A DNA stretch of 64,000 nucleotides from NCBI GenBank assembly GCA_019455285.1, contig JACFMS010000014.1:9925-73924 (forward strand), given 5' to 3'. Positions 47,964-56,508 of this stretch are shown piece after piece. The notes beneath the pieces are model-generated. The model was not told the origin of the DNA. It saw only the letters and a program-made list of their open reading frames with translations, and ran no database searches. Both the position numbers and the translations under genes were made by a program. Within the stretch, counting starts at the first letter, position 1; each line of letters opens with the position of its first letter. Source of the DNA: Sphingomonadales bacterium. Lineage in GTDB: Bacteria; Pseudomonadota; Alphaproteobacteria; Sphingomonadales; Govanellaceae.

Positions 47964-50204
47964 TTAAAAATCCACGGCGATGCCGGCAATCAAGGTGCGT
48001 GGCTTGCCGGGACGCAGACCCGCCGGGCGACGCGCCACGGCGTATTCCTTGTCGGTTAAATTCTGCACCGATCCGAAGAGCCGCACCGAATCCGAGATCT
48101 GATAGCGTCCGGCAATATCAAACACCGCCCGGCTATTGATTTTCTCCGCCGTAGAGATTGCGCCTTGGCCCGGCTCGGTGCGGATAGAGCTGACGTAGTT
48201 CATGCTCAGGTCAATGCCCCAGGCGTCTTTGGCGACGCCGATGACGGCATTAAGCTGATGCTTCGGCAGATAGGGCAGATCGTCGCCGTCAGTCACCGTG
48301 CCCCAATAGCCGCTCACAAAGCTGGTTTTAAACTCGGCATCGGTGAAGGTGTAGGTGAGAGAAACAGGGAGCGAAACATCCCATTCCAATTCGGCGCCAA
48401 GGTCGGCGCTGGCGGCGACTTCCATACCGATCACTTTCACCGCGCCGCCATTGAACTGATCGCCAATTTCTCCTTGATTGCAGCCGCTGGCGTTGGTGCA
48501 GGTACCCAGGATGTTGGAATAGTCGCTATAGAACCCGATGGCTTCAAGGGCGAGCGTGCGGCTGGTATAGCGCACGCCGGCTTCCCAGTTGGTGCTTTTT
48601 TCCTCCTTGGCCTCGGCGCTGCCGGGACCGGGAGGGCTGAAGCCGCGATGCACGCCGGCAATCAGGTTGACGCGTTCGTTGACGCTGTAGGTGACGCCGA
48701 TGCCGGGGATCAGAACCTTGACCGAGCTGTTATTGACGCTGGTCGGACCTGCGGCGCGGTCAGGATCGGCGGTGGAATAATTCAGGCGCTTTAAATCAAT
48801 ATCCTCATACCGCAAGCCCGGCACGATGAGCCAGTCGCCGAACCGCATTTCATCTTGCACGTAGAAGGCCCATGCCTGCGCTTGTCCCACGCGGTTTTCC
48901 TGCGAGCCCGGCGCACCCGTCGACGTCAACACCATGGTTCCATTGAGCATCTGATAGCGGTCGTCATTCTGGAAACGGTCTTCCTCGTCTTCATGATAAC
49001 GAACGCTGATTTCCAGATCATGCCGGGCCGCGCCAGTATTGAAATGCAGGCCGGCGATGGATTGAATGCCGCGGGCGTAATATTCGCGGTTGTTGTTGCG
49101 CAGGCGCAGGGCATTGGCGGCGCTGTCGATCTCGCCGCGCAGGATGCCAATGGCGGTGACGTTGGCCGCCGGATTATCGAGCACGCTGGCCAGACTTACC
49201 GTGCCGCCGCCGGGATTGAGGTCATTGAGCTTGTACCAGGCGCGCTTGAAGCGGTTGTAGTAGGCGACGGTGGTCAGATCCACCGTATCGTTGAAGGAGA
49301 TGAAGTGCGTGCCCTGCACCTGCCAGTGTTCGGTGTCGATGTTGTCGAGCGCGGACGCGGCGTAGCGGCGATAGGGCGTGGCCGCGAAATCCGCGTCGGT
49401 CAGGCCGAGATAGGTTTCGTCCGACTGCTGATCGGTGTAGGACAGCTTGAGCTCGAAGGATTGGTAAAGGTCGGCGTCCTTGGCGCTGCTGACGCGAAAC
49501 TTGGCGAGATAATCCTCAAGCTCATAGCCGGTCTCGCTGCCGGTATCGAGCTTCTTGAAGCCGTCGGAGCCGCTTTGATAGGTCTCAAGGAGCGCCCCGA
49601 GGTGATCGGTGGAGCCGCCGGCATAGCCATGAATTTGATATAGGCTGTCGCTGCCCAGGCGAACGTCGGCGTGGCCCGACAGCTCATCGGGAATACCGGT
49701 GCTGACCAGATTGACCGCGCCGCCCACGGTGCGCGGGCCAAACTTGATGGCGCTCGACCCTTTGCGCACCTCAACCGCCGACATGCGGGCGGTGGTGGGG
49801 AAATAATAAGCCGCCGGGGCGGCGTACGGCGCCGGGGCGATCAGCACGCCGTCTTCCATCAAGGTGATTTTTTCCGAGCGCTCGGTGCCGGTGCCGCGAA
49901 TGCCGATGTTGGGGCGCAGGCCAAAGCCTTCTTCTTCTTGGATGATGACCCCCGGCACTTGGCGCAGGATGCGGTGGATATCCTCGTATTCGAATTTTTC
50001 CAGTTGCAGCTTATCGATGAGCTGGGCCGAACCCGGAATCTCCTTTTGCTTGGCCGGCGTGCCGATGACGCTGATGTAGGCGATCATGCGTTCGGCATGC
50101 GGGTCGGCGGCGGCGACGGTGGTTTCCTCGCCTGCCGCTGCCGTCGCGGCCATGATGATGGGCAGCGCCGTTGCGGCGGCGCGATGGCGTAGCTTCGTAG
50201 TCAT
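47964..50204 (-). CDS. TonB-dependent (siderophore-type) receptor
   Basis: Start at MTTKLRHRAAATALPIIMA (GGAGGGGG upstream). Plug (IRGTGTERSEKITLMEDGVLIAPAPY), barrel, and terminal AGIAVDF. Confidence 0.92.
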   Translation of the reverse strand: MTTKLRHRAAATALPIIMAATAAAGEETTVAAADPHAERMIAYISVIGTPAKQKEIPGSAQLIDKLQLEKFEYEDIHRILRQVPGVIIQEEEGFGLRPNIGIRGTGTERSEKITLMEDGVLIAPAPYAAPAAYYFPTTARMSAVEVRKGSSAIKFGPRTVGGAVNLVSTGIPDELSGHADVRLGSDSLYQIHGYAGGSTDHLGALLETYQSGSDGFKKLDTGSETGYELEDYLAKFRVSSAKDADLYQSFELKLSYTDQQSDETYLGLTDADFAATPYRRYAASALDNIDTEHWQVQGTHFISFNDTVDLTTVAYYNRFKRAWYKLNDLNPGGGTVSLASVLDNPAANVTAIGILRGEIDSAANALRLRNNNREYYARGIQSIAGLHFNTGAARHDLEISVRYHEDEEDRFQNDDRYQMLNGTMVLTSTGAPGSQENRVGQAQAWAFYVQDEMRFGDWLIVPGLRYEDIDLKRLNYSTADPDRAAGPTSVNNSSVKVLIPGIGVTYSVNERVNLIAGVHRGFSPPGPGSAEAKEEKSTNWEAGVRYTSRTLALEAIGFYSDYSNILGTCTNASGCNQGEIGDQFNGGAVKVIGMEVAASADLGAELEWDVSLPVSLTYTFTDAEFKTSFVSGYWGTVTDGDDLPYLPKHQLNAVIGVAKDAWGIDLSMNYVSSIRTEPGQGAISTAEKINSRAVFDIAGRYQISDSVRLFGSVQNLTDKEYAVARRPAGLRPGKPRTLIAGIAVDF

Positions 50205-50299
50205 TACCCCCTCCTGATCAGTAGGCATGGATTTTGAAATTGTTGCGAGTCATTCTTAACTGCAAGAACAGCGATAGCCAAGAACCTAGGGAATTGCAA

Positions 50300-50318
50300 G
50301 ATGAAAATAATTATCAAC
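50300..50318. promoter_or_regulatory. Fur-box-like 19-mer upstream of the TonB-dependent receptor
   Basis: By my alignment GATGAAAATAATTATCAAC matches 13 of 19 positions of GATAATGATAATCATTATC. It lies about 95 nt upstream of the receptor start, in an AT-rich divergent region. Confidence 0.4.
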
Positions 50319-50423
50319 TGCATTAAATTTTCAATTTAGACTTGTCACCCAAGGGTAGGGGAGGTTAAGCCTGGACGGGGAAGGGCCGAGAGCTGGTAAA
50401 GCCATCAAACGGAACGATCTTTC

Positions 50424-51077
50424 ATGCGCGCCATTGGATACCTTTCGCTCTGCCTGGGAGTTGCGGCGGCGGGCTGCGCCACTTCGCCCACCCGCGAGTT
50501 GCTGGCCGATTTCGGCGCTCAGACCACCGCCTGGTCGGAGATGGGCGTTTGCGCCGGGTATGGCTGCACCACCTATTACAAGCTGGGGCTTGATGCTGGG
50601 GAGGCGGGGCGCATTTTGGCGGCCTTTGGTTCGACGCCCGCGTCACCCGCCGAGGAACGCCAAGCCATCCGTCGCGCCATCGCCGAGATCGAGCTCATCG
50701 TCGGGCCAAAGACTGGCACCGCCGGCGACGAGCCGGGGGCGGCGATCATCAACTTCTCACGCCGCGGCCAGATGGATTGCATCGACGAGTCCTTCAATAC
50801 CACTACTTATCTGAGGTTATTGGAAAAGAACGGATTTCTGCGCTTTCACCAAGTGGGCGAGCCGCTGCGGCGGGGCTATTTCCTGGATCGCTGGCCGCAT
50901 AACACGGCCACCATTATCGATCGCGCCGACGATCAACGCTATGTGGTCGATTCGTGGTTTCACGGCAATGGCGTGCCGCCGGAGATCGTGCCTGCGGAAG
51001 AGTGGCTCAAGGGCTGGCACCCTGAAACCCAGTTGCCCGCGCGCAGCAGCGATCAGACCGCGGTTATCGCTCAGTAA
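50424..51077 (+). CDS. hypothetical lipoprotein
   Basis: MRAIGYLSLCLGVAAAGC lipobox; 217 aa; I recognise no family. Confidence 0.65.
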   Translation: MRAIGYLSLCLGVAAAGCATSPTRELLADFGAQTTAWSEMGVCAGYGCTTYYKLGLDAGEAGRILAAFGSTPASPAEERQAIRRAIAEIELIVGPKTGTAGDEPGAAIINFSRRGQMDCIDESFNTTTYLRLLEKNGFLRFHQVGEPLRRGYFLDRWPHNTATIIDRADDQRYVVDSWFHGNGVPPEIVPAEEWLKGWHPETQLPARSSDQTAVIAQ

Positions 51078-51640
51078 CGGCGGATCAACATGGCGCGCCG
51101 CGCCAACGAACGCAGGGCGGCGTTGTAGACCACGGCGGCGGCATCGTCCGTACCGACCACGGTATAGCGTCCCGGCTCCGTACCCGCCAGCAGGCGGCCA
51201 TAAAGTCGCCGCCCGTCCTCTAGCTCAGCCAGGCATTCCTTGCCAACGAGGTGCGCCGCCTCCGCCACCGGCAGCGGCAGGTAGATGACCGTGTCGCCGA
51301 CCTGAAAATCGGCGGTGGGCTGGGCGATTTTCAACGCCACGGCATTATCGCCCGGAGGCTGGAGGGATAGCGTTTCCCCGGCGGCGGGGATGATCTCCCC
51401 GCCGGTCGATAAGGTGCCGGCGAACGGCACCGGGCCATCGCCGTCCATCGGCATCAACTCGGCTACAGAGCACTGCAGCGCCGCGGCGATCTTTTCCAGC
51501 CAGTCGAGGGTGACCTTGCGACTCCCGGTTTCAAGCCGGCCAATGGTCTGCGCCGTGGTCGGTTGGGGCCGGATTCGCGCGGCAACCTGATGAAGGGTCA
51601 GGCCCTTCTGTTTGCGAATCTCGCGTATATTATTGCGCAT
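51071..51640 (-). CDS. XRE-family HTH repressor with cI/LexA-like C-terminal domain
   Basis: MRNNIREIRKQKGLTLHQVAARI...TIGRLETGSRKVTLDWLEKIAAALQCSVAELM HTH_3 domain. The C-terminal beta-rich domain is of cI-like size, but I could not find a G-x-S-M/Lys dyad. Confidence 0.8.
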   Translation of the reverse strand: MRNNIREIRKQKGLTLHQVAARIRPQPTTAQTIGRLETGSRKVTLDWLEKIAAALQCSVAELMPMDGDGPVPFAGTLSTGGEIIPAAGETLSLQPPGDNAVALKIAQPTADFQVGDTVIYLPLPVAEAAHLVGKECLAELEDGRRLYGRLLAGTEPGRYTVVGTDDAAAVVYNAALRSLARRAMLIRRY

Positions 51641-51794
51641 AATAAACCTCTTTGGCTATTTTTAAGGCATTTCTGGTTTTATTTCAATAATAATCCTAAA
51701 AATATAACCAATATGGAAGAAAATGATTGACAGCCCAATCGCATCGGTGATAGCTGCCAAAATGTACCAATTTGGTAAATTTATGGAGGTGCAT

Positions 51795-52604
51795 ATGCGG
51801 CGCAACACACCGCACGATGGCAGCGGCGCGGCCAATCCTGTTGTTGGCAGAGGGGCGATACGCCTCTTGTTACGGCTAAGCGCCGGCGAGGCGGCCCAAG
51901 CCACTGATGATGGTGTTTTCCTCGGCGGCGAAGACGTGACGGCGGAGGTGGCGGCGCTGATCGCCCATGATCTGGCGGCGCGGGATCGTCGGGGTGGGGT
52001 GCGGCTGACCGCGCCGGGCGCCGTTTATGCCAAGCGCATGGCCGCGCGCTCGGCCCTCCGCCGCGCCGGGCGGCAGGGGGATACGGCGGCGCTGGCGGTG
52101 ATCGCGCCGTTTCGCGATCAGCATCAAGACATCGATATCGTGGTGACGGCTAGTGGCGACAAAGTTGCGGAACGGCGCTTCATCAACCATCGGGAATGCC
52201 CATTGGCTTGGCTGCGCCGGCGTCGCGACCGGGCCGGCCGGCCGCTCATCGACGATCGCCAGTTCGAGGCCGGCATGCACTTGCGCAATGACTTCGAGCG
52301 CGGCGGCCTATCGCCGCGGGTTACCGCCTCCTGGAGCGCGCTGCCGGTGGGTCGCGCCGGGGCGGCAAGCCGGCGCGGCGGCCTTGATCCCAGTGATAGT
52401 CAGATGGGCGCCCGTCTGCGCTTCCGCCGCGCCGTCACCGCTCTGGGGCCAGGTCTTGCCGAGGTGGCGATCCGCACCTGCTGCGCTTATGAGGGCCTGG
52501 AAGCGGTGGAGAAAAGCCTGGACTGGCCGGCGCGCTCGGGCAAGGTGGTGCTCAGCTTGGCTTTATCTCGGCTGGCCGATTATTATGGAATTGGAAAAAA
52601 ATAA
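51795..52604 (+). CDS. DUF6456-type protein, candidate GafA/GafZ-like activator
   Basis: Start at MRRNTPHDG (GGAGG 5 nt upstream). Conserved-looking INHRECPLAWLRRRRDRAGRPLIDDRQFEAGMHLRNDFERGGLSPRVTASW and LGPGLAEVAIRTCCAYEGLEAVEKSLDWPARSGKVVLSLALSRLADYYG. The family assignment is from memory only. Confidence 0.55.
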   Translation: MRRNTPHDGSGAANPVVGRGAIRLLLRLSAGEAAQATDDGVFLGGEDVTAEVAALIAHDLAARDRRGGVRLTAPGAVYAKRMAARSALRRAGRQGDTAALAVIAPFRDQHQDIDIVVTASGDKVAERRFINHRECPLAWLRRRRDRAGRPLIDDRQFEAGMHLRNDFERGGLSPRVTASWSALPVGRAGAASRRGGLDPSDSQMGARLRFRRAVTALGPGLAEVAIRTCCAYEGLEAVEKSLDWPARSGKVVLSLALSRLADYYGIGKK

Positions 52605-52653
52605 CCAAATCGGTTATTTTTATGTTGACTAATATAACGCTCATGGTTATACT
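52601..52653 (+). promoter_or_regulatory. sigma-70-type promoter of the structural operon, overlapped by palindromic operators
   Basis: TTGACT (52625-52630), a 17-nt spacer, then TATACT (52648-52653). ATAACCaaatcGGTTAT lies at 52601-52617 and ATAACGctcatGGTTAT at 52634-52650. Confidence 0.5.
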
Positions 52654-52706
52654 TTAGTCAAGATCGAGAAAAAGGTTCACGGCGATGGCGCTGAGCCAGC
52701 AAAGCG

Positions 52707-52748
52707 AAAGGCCGCTCATTACGGAGCGGCCTTTCCTGTTGTGCGTTT
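52707..52748 (+). terminator. leader terminator/attenuator hairpin between promoter and terS
   Basis: Perfect 11-bp stem AAAGGCCGCTC / GAGCGGCCTTT with a 6-nt loop, followed by CCTGTTGTGCGTTT. Confidence 0.5.
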
Positions 52749-52766
52749 GAGTATGACGAGGATGGA

Positions 52767-53225
52767 ATGGCGAAGGCCACGAGCTGGACGCCGCGCAAGC
52801 GCGGCCAATTCCTCAGCGCGTTGCGCAAAACCGGCAATGTCACGGCGGCGGCCGAGGCGGCGGGACTGTCGCGCAGCCAGGCCTATCAGCTGCGGCGCAG
52901 CGATGACGGTTTTCGCCAAGATTGGGACGACGCCTTGCTGGCGGCGATCGACGATCTGGAGGAGGAGCTGCGGCGTCGCGCGCTGCACGGGGTCGAGCAG
53001 CCGATCTACTACGGTGGTAAGGAGTGCGGCCGGGTGCGGACCTATAACGACGCCCTGGGCATGTTCCTGCTGCGCGCCCGCCGCCGGGAGCTGTTCGACA
53101 AAGCAGGCGGGGATGAGTTGGCAACCGCCATCGACGCCTCGCCGCTAGCCGAGATCCAAGAACGCTTGAAGCGGTTGCGCGCCCGTCAGGCCAAGGGCCG
53201 GAAATCAGACGGAGATAAACCGTGA
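52767..53225 (+). CDS. terminase small subunit (HTH type)
   Basis: WTPRKRGQFLSALRKTGNVTAAAEAAGLSRSQAYQLRRSDDGFRQDWDDAL...; GTGA overlap with terL. Confidence 0.78.
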   Translation: MAKATSWTPRKRGQFLSALRKTGNVTAAAEAAGLSRSQAYQLRRSDDGFRQDWDDALLAAIDDLEEELRRRALHGVEQPIYYGGKECGRVRTYNDALGMFLLRARRRELFDKAGGDELATAIDASPLAEIQERLKRLRARQAKGRKSDGDKP

Positions 53226-54550
53226 GCGGCGGCGAGGCGGAGCAACGCTCGATAGCCGAGGCGGTGGCTGCCCTGCCGACGGGCGATGAGGCGGATATCC
53301 TGGGCGCGCTGAAGATCGCCGACCTCACAGAGCTTCTGTATGAGTGGCGGTTCTGGGCCCGGCCCCAGCAGCTGCCGCCGCCGGGAGAATGGGCGACCTG
53401 GCTCATTCTGGCCGGCCGCGGCTTTGGCAAGACCCGCACCGGGGCGGAGTGGGTGCGCAGTCTGGCGGAACGCGCCAGCCCCGGTTTTCGCATCGCGTTG
53501 GTGGGAGAGACGGCGGCCGATGTGCGGCAGGTGATGGTGGAGGGTGAATCAGGCCTCCTGCCCAGCGCCCGGCCGGACTTCAGGCCCCGCTTCGAACCGT
53601 CGAAGCGCTGCCTAACTTGGCCCCAGGGCGCGCAGGCGTTTCTCTACTCGGCGGATGATCCGGAGCAACTGCGTGGGCCGCAGCATCAGGCGGCTTGGTG
53701 CGACGAGCTGGCGAAATGGCGGCGCGCCGAGGAAACCTGGAGCAACTTGCAACTGGGCCTGCGTCTCGGCGAGCGGCCGCAAACGGTGGTGACGACGACC
53801 CCTAGGCCATTGAAGTTACTAAAAGATTTACTCGCCGACCCGATGACCGTGGTGACTCGCGGCTCGACCTATGACAACCGCGGCAATCTGCCGCCGGCGT
53901 TTTTCCGGCAGGTGGTGGAAAAGTACGCCGGCACGCGACTGGGCCGGCAGGAGATCGAAGCCGAAATTCTCGAAGACACTCCGGGCGCGCTGTGGTCGCG
54001 AGACTTGGTGCAATCCTGCCGCGCCGCCGGCGCGCCGATCATGCGCCGGGTGGTGGTGGGCGTCGATCCGCCGGTGACCGGCGGCGAGAAGGCTGATGCC
54101 TGCGGCATCGTGGTGGCCGGCGCGGGCGAGGATGGCCGCTATTACGTGCTGGCGGACCGCACCACGGTGGGAGCCAGCGTCCACGGCTGGGCGCAGGCGG
54201 CGGTCGCCGCTTACCACGACCACGAAGCCGACCGTCTGGTGGCGGAGGTGAACAATGGCGGCGATCTGGTGGCCGCCGTCATTCGCCAGATTGACTCGAC
54301 CATCAGCTATCGCGCGGTACGGGCCAGCCGCGGCAAATGGGCGCGCGCCGAACCCATCGCCGCGTTATATGAACAAGGTCGGGTTCGCCACCTGGCGGCG
54401 CTGCCGGCGCTGGAGGAGCAGATGACCAGTTACGTGCCGGGCGGGGATATGGCCTATGGCAGCCCGGACCGGCTGGACGCTCTGGTGTGGGCGCTGAGCG
54501 AGTTGGCGCTCGGCACAAGCGCCAACCCGCGATTACGAATGGTCAGCTAA
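53222..54550 (+). CDS. terminase large subunit (GTA/HK97-associated type)
   Basis: 442 aa. Walker A-like ILAGRGFGKTRTGAEW, Walker B-like AAWCDELAKW, and a C-terminal RNaseH-like nuclease (VGVDPP...ACGIVVAG...). Confidence 0.92.
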   Translation: MSGGEAEQRSIAEAVAALPTGDEADILGALKIADLTELLYEWRFWARPQQLPPPGEWATWLILAGRGFGKTRTGAEWVRSLAERASPGFRIALVGETAADVRQVMVEGESGLLPSARPDFRPRFEPSKRCLTWPQGAQAFLYSADDPEQLRGPQHQAAWCDELAKWRRAEETWSNLQLGLRLGERPQTVVTTTPRPLKLLKDLLADPMTVVTRGSTYDNRGNLPPAFFRQVVEKYAGTRLGRQEIEAEILEDTPGALWSRDLVQSCRAAGAPIMRRVVVGVDPPVTGGEKADACGIVVAGAGEDGRYYVLADRTTVGASVHGWAQAAVAAYHDHEADRLVAEVNNGGDLVAAVIRQIDSTISYRAVRASRGKWARAEPIAALYEQGRVRHLAALPALEEQMTSYVPGGDMAYGSPDRLDALVWALSELALGTSANPRLRMVS

Positions 54551-54551
54551 G

Positions 54552-54902
54552 TTATTGAGCGCGCGCGGCTTTATAGGCGCGAATGGCCTCATTGAATTCG
54601 TTGCCCGTCGCCACTTCGGCATCAACCGCTGCGTTATAGCGTTCGACAAAGCTTTTCTGCAGATCGGCCGTCAGTTGTTCCTTGGGAATCAAGGCTTCCT
54701 GGGCCTGCAGGCAATTGCGAAACGTCTCGCTGTCGGCGAGGAATTTTTTAACCGCGCTCTGGGCAGCGATCATATCCTCCTGGGTGGCGGCGGCGCCGCT
54801 AGGGATGGCCGGCGACGGCGGCCGGGTGCAATCGTCAGCAAAGGCGCTGCCGGCACTGAGTGCTAAGGTCATAGTAAAGGCAATGGTCACAATAGATTTC
54901 AT
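54552..54902 (-). CDS. small secreted protein on the opposite strand (moron-like)
   Basis: MKSIVTIAFTMTLALSAGSAFA signal (GGAGA 8 nt upstream). The helical mature part has two Cys. Convergent with terL with a 1-nt gap. Confidence 0.62.
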   Translation of the reverse strand: MKSIVTIAFTMTLALSAGSAFADDCTRPPSPAIPSGAAATQEDMIAAQSAVKKFLADSETFRNCLQAQEALIPKEQLTADLQKSFVERYNAAVDAEVATGNEFNEAIRAYKAARAQ

Positions 54903-55207
54903 GAAGCAACGTCTCCAATGAGCAAACCCACGACCGACCGGGATCGGCCGCAACGGAGGCGGATTATAAACTGACGGGCCGGCTAAAGGCTAGCCCATCA
55001 CGATTCCATTAATCACCACCAAGTTCGACGACATTCGGGTCGCGGAGCCAGGCTTCCGGCTCGAACGGCGGCGGCGAGGGCATGCCCTGCAGTTTTTCAT
55101 GACAGGCCCTGACCCCAAGTGCAGACCCGCATGACCTTCGCCGCCCGCGACTATTCGGAGTCCAGACCCATTATTTATGAGTCTGGACCCTAGATGTGGA
55201 GAGACAA

Positions 55208-56428
55208 ATGAATTCACTCAGCGACCGCGTAAAACGCCTGTTCCGGCCAATGGGTGCACCGATCGAAGCCAAGCGGAGCGCCGTCGCCGGTCTCCTGGGT
55301 AGTGAATTTTCCACCTGGGTCGGAACGGCGGGGCCGCGCTGGACCAGCCGCAATTACCGCCGGCTGGCCGAGGAGGGCTATCGCAAGAATGTCATCGTCC
55401 ACCGCTGCGTGCGGCTGATCGCCGAAAGCGCCGCTTCGGTGCCGTGGCGGCTGATCCGCTATGGTAAGGCCATCGACCGCCATCCGCTGCTTGACCTCCT
55501 CAATCGCCCCAACCCGATGGAAGCCGGCAAGGCGCTGTTTGAAAATTTCTACGCCTTCTTGAGCATCGCCGGCGACAGCTATCTGGAGATGGTGACCGCC
55601 GCCGATGGCGCGCCCGTCGAGCTTTACGTGCTGCGGCCCGATTACATGAAGGTTATTCCCGGCACCAACGGCTGGCCGCGCGCCTATCGTTATGAGGCTG
55701 GCGGCCAGGTCCATGATTTCGCGGTTGATCAAGTAACCGGCCAATCGGCGATTTTGCACATGAAAACCTTCAATCCCTTAGACGAGACTTATGGCATGTC
55801 GCCCCTGGAAGCCGCCGCCTTCGGTATCGACATCCATAACGCGGCCAGCGGCTGGAACAAGGCGCTGTTCGACAACGCCGCCCGGCCATCGGGCGCGCTG
55901 GTCTATGAGCCGGGCGATGGCGGCCACTTGAGCGATGAGCAATTCACCCGGCTGAAGGAAGAGCTTGCCGATACCTACCAGGGCGCGCTCAATGCCGGCC
56001 GCCCCATGCTGCTGGAAGGCGGCTTGAAATGGCAGCCGATGGCGTTCTCGCCCCAGGATATGGAGTTCGTCGAAGGCAAGCATGTGGCGTCCCGCGAGAT
56101 CACGTTGGCCTTCGGCGTGCCGCCGCTTCTTCTCAATATCCCCGGCGATAACACTTACGCCAACTATCAGGAAGCCAACCGCGCGCTGTGGCGGCTGACC
56201 CTGCTGCCGCTTCTGGAAAAGACGGTTTGCGCCCTTAATCACTGGCTGGTGGATGGTTTCGGCGACGGCTTGGCGCTCGACATCGATCGTGACGCCATCT
56301 CGGCGCTGCAAGCGGAGCGCGCCGCCGCCTGGGAGCGGGTCGGCGCCGCCCGGTTCTTGACTATAAACGAGAAACGCCGGGCGGTGGGCCTGGAGCCGCT
56401 CCCCGGCGGCGATGTTCTAGTGTCCTGA
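55208..56428 (+). CDS. phage portal protein, HK97 family
   Basis: About 406 aa, MNSLSDRVKRLF... (GGAGAG upstream). Conserved portal core (YRKNVIVHRCVRLIAESAASVPW...GDSYLE...FGVPPLLLNIPGDNTYANYQEANRALW). Confidence 0.93.
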   Translation: MNSLSDRVKRLFRPMGAPIEAKRSAVAGLLGSEFSTWVGTAGPRWTSRNYRRLAEEGYRKNVIVHRCVRLIAESAASVPWRLIRYGKAIDRHPLLDLLNRPNPMEAGKALFENFYAFLSIAGDSYLEMVTAADGAPVELYVLRPDYMKVIPGTNGWPRAYRYEAGGQVHDFAVDQVTGQSAILHMKTFNPLDETYGMSPLEAAAFGIDIHNAASGWNKALFDNAARPSGALVYEPGDGGHLSDEQFTRLKEELADTYQGALNAGRPMLLEGGLKWQPMAFSPQDMEFVEGKHVASREITLAFGVPPLLLNIPGDNTYANYQEANRALWRLTLLPLLEKTVCALNHWLVDGFGDGLALDIDRDAISALQAERAAAWERVGAARFLTINEKRRAVGLEPLPGGDVLVS

Positions 56429-56494
56429 TTTGCGAAATTCGCATGATTTCTATATCAGCGCTTAAGCGAATTTCGCAAATTGAAAGGACACTAG
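56417..56494 (+). repeat. structured hairpin element 1 (CTAGTGTC...CTATATCAG...GACACTAG)
   Basis: Hand-paired as a 10-bp basal stem, a 2/5-nt internal loop, a 14-bp upper stem and a 23-nt loop. The 5' arm contains the last portal codons and the stop. Confidence 0.7.
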
Positions 56495-56508
56495 CAACCT
56501 ATTGAATC

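Noticed and set aside
52658-52843. 61-aa minus-strand ORF and the plus-strand ORFs 52741-53148 and 52153-52632 around the terS start.
   Set aside because: They overlap the promoter, leader and terS, have an Arg-rich composition, and are not supported by any motif.
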